This document shows positions 61,513 to 64,000 of a stretch of DNA of 64,000 nucleotides, piece by piece. The notes beneath the pieces are model-generated. The model did no database searches. It was not told the DNA's origin and was given only the letters and a program-made list of their open reading frames with translations. The first letter of the stretch is position 1, and each line of letters starts with the position of its first letter. Origin of the DNA: Blepharisma stoltei ATCC 30299 (lineage: Eukaryota; Protista; Ciliophora); contig CBFDEM010000020.1 in NCBI GenBank assembly GCA_965603825.1, forward strand, positions 682,001-746,000. The letters are read 5' to 3'. The position numbers and the translations under genes are program-made.

Positions 61513-63234
61513 TTAAATTATGAATATAATCAAAGGGAGTGTCAGAATTTCTAATATGAAGCTGTGCGATATTTTGAATGGGTACATAATATCATCAGGC
61601 ATAGCAGGTATCGGATTTGGTGCTGGGGCATGATAATTTTGAGTCTCATCGTCATATTCTACATAGCTGATGACCACCGTGTTATAAAACTTTTGCGTTT
61701 GGGTTTTGTCCTTCATCCTAAACACCCACTGAGTATTAGCTTGATAGCTACGTTGAGCATAAATCACTTTAGGCTGAGGGTTGCTAACAATCCCGACTTT
61801 AGCAACAATTATTTCATAGTGCAGCAAATTTGGTATTGTGCATGTCCCAGTTGTTTCTGAAAATGTAGGCGTTGAAGAACTGCTACTTGTAGAAACTTCG
61901 ACTCAGTCATCAGGATTTGAATAATCAATGCTGCCAAATTTTCCAATATGGGTTATTTCTGAATGAGTGGAAAAAATAGGCAACTCGGTGTTATCTGTGG
62001 TAGAAGTGCAATAAGTTTTTAGGTCTTCGTAGGACATTTCTAAGTAGCAGTTATAAATCATTTCATGGCCGAAGTTTATAATTGGGGAGTCTGATGTCAA
62101 AAGATCGGTATCTACACATTCACCTATAGTGCTTGCCCCTGAAAGAGGAAAACCACCTTCATATACGTTCATGGTGTTATTTGTTTCATTTTTATAGCCT
62201 ATTATTAAAGGCTTTCCTGAAATATAACCAATATTCCCTGACCTTATCTGCAAGTCTGCAGTTCCAGTATAAAATTTGATTGAAAATTTCTGCTTGATCA
62301 CAATTTGTTCACTAGGACAAGTCGTAGCTGAAAACCCCACATTTCCAATGACAATATTCACCCAAATCTCACTAGGTGTATCTTGAGCAGTATTTGTGTA
62401 CACAATATAATTTGCTTCTAATAAAGCATTAGAGCAAAGGCAATTAGCAAAAGTTGTTGTAGCTGTGGTTTGGTCATATTTACGAATACTTTCGTCATCA
62501 AGATTTCTAAACGTGATATTTCCTATTGTAATGCTGATATGGTCAGAGTTGCTAGGATAAGGCTGCTTTGAAATAGAGAGGCCTGAAACATAAGTAACAT
62601 AATTTAATTCAGTATTGCATAATGATTCTAAGCTAGATGCCATTATTGTCCTTGTACAAGAGTCAAAAGTCTGTGAGTATAACCAACTTGCAGAGTTCAT
62701 ATTATTGCATTCTCCAAAAGAGTCAGCAGAAGGCAATGATCATACTCCACTATAAGAATTAACAAGAGCTGCCATGCTGTCTCCAGGAGAAAAAGCATTG
62801 CCAGTCGCATTTGGCTGATTAAAATAAATTAAGTCAGAATATTCAGTTGACTTTTCAAGACGGTCTGAGATTGTGCTGGAGTCAATGCTGCTTTCATCAA
62901 CTGAGTCATAAGTGTTGAACTGGTCAGGGGAGTTATCATAATAAATGCATAATAAATTGTTAATTGAATCGGTCGCGACTTGCATTGCTCTTCTTCCATT
63001 GTCTATTGAGTGTTTTTGGTTATTTTTGCACCGAGTAGGGTAATTTGTGAATTTTTCAGGTGCACATAGATTATTGCTTGAACTTTGTCATAAACTTATT
63101 ACTGATGAAGAACAGTCAGGATCACAGCAGCAAAAAGCGTCACAGGACTCCGCAGTTAGGTCACAAATGCAGCTACCAGTTGCAGTTTTAAAGCACCCTA
63201 AAACCAAAATTGCCGCTAATTTAATTGAAATCAT
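61513..63234 (-). CDS. Tectonic (ciliary transition-zone protein), ~573 aa
   Basis: Signal peptide; CICDLTAESCDAFCCCDPDC; RSGNIGYISGKPL; PDDIMYPF plus hydrophobic tail; joined through TGAs. Confidence 0.88.
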
Positions 63235-63278
63235 TATTTAATTTAGCACAAATCATACAATATATTTACTTAAGACTC

Positions 63279-64000
63279 TTATTTTTTGAATTTTGCCCTT
63301 GACAACTACATAGAAAATTACCTTAAAATCAATATAAAGCGAGTGCAAATGTCCGACTAAAACACTCAGCCAGCTAAAAGTGAGGTCTAATAATAGATGA
63401 TTCCTAGAAAGTCCTCCTAAAGAGCTTATTCTCAAAAAGCTATAATAATCATGACTTGTTATATGAAAATCACCTGCAGATATTCCATTAAGTAAAATCT
63501 CACACACAGTTTCATGCCTCATTGGAGGGCCTTCTAAGTCTTCAATTTCTTTGGTGCAGGACTGCTTATGCTGATAATATCCAGGTGTGTCCATCGGTCC
63601 AGGAGAAAATAAATATACTTTTACATTGTATCGGGCAAGTTCTGGCCTGATTTCATTCGCCAAACACGATACAGCAGCTCTTGATGCCGCCCATGCACAA
63701 GAGCCAGGGATTGGCAAATACGAATGGGCAGACCCTACCAAGCATATATGTCCCATCCTTATCTTGCTCATCCTTTTGGCTACAGGCATGACTGTATTAA
63801 TAGTTCCTAAATAATTTGTTTCCATCATTTCTTTGAACTTATTCAAGCCAGTTTCTAAAAAATATCCACCTGAAATATTCCCAGCAAATGCAAAACATAA
63901 GAAAATTTCTCCAAATCGATTTTCCGCCCTTTCAATGACAGCTTCCATCTTTTCTGCATTGCTTATATCAACATCAAAAACTTGGACATATTCGCCTTGG
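63279..64000 (-). CDS. 3-ketodihydrosphingosine reductase-like SDR (KDSR/TSC10-like), 5' end outside the window
   Basis: METNYLGT, PGPMDTPGY, GDFHIT; a 16-nt intron gives the C-terminus LSRAKFKK then TAA. Confidence 0.7.
63306..63321 (-). other. 16-nt intron GTAATTTTCTATGTAG
   Basis: Consensus GTAA..A..TAG with A at position 11. Confidence 0.7.

Overview
Gene-dense, AT-rich eukaryotic nuclear DNA, most consistent with the somatic (macronuclear) genome of a heterotrich ciliate of the genus Blepharisma. Two features explain why the supplied ORF track looks fragmented. (1) In-frame TGA is read as Trp: it falls on conserved Trp positions in many families, while genes end at TAA/TAG. (2) Genes contain 15-16 nt GT..AG spliceosomal introns; I located 13, all with an A six bases from the 3' end. 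Re-reading with these rules gives about 42 mostly intact genes, often only 12-50 bp apart: SPX-MFS transporter, two CNBD K+ channels, GRAM/VASt lipid-transfer protein, MON1, DENR, Rab2-like, TBC RabGAP, PIAS/SIZ, CCDC42/CFAP73, ABCA, USP25/28-like, PP2C, LIS1, CDK1/2-like, ZnT, TRAP-beta, OXA1, WDR44, Rab11, GRX5, two TTC38-like paralogues, DPH2, AUH, RPLP2, tectonic, KDSR and several unknown proteins. I recognised no tRNA, rRNA, telomeric repeats, transposases or CRISPR arrays. Best leads: a Cip/Kip-like CDK inhibitor close to a CDK gene; a Notch-LNR/TM/RING-H2 receptor-like ligase whose ectodomain is hidden by TGA codons; a USP25/28-like pseudo-deubiquitinase (catalytic Cys to Ser); and a Rab2-like gene with no stop after its CC prenylation motif (possibly a stop completed by polyadenylation). 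All family calls come from motif recognition by eye, not database searches.
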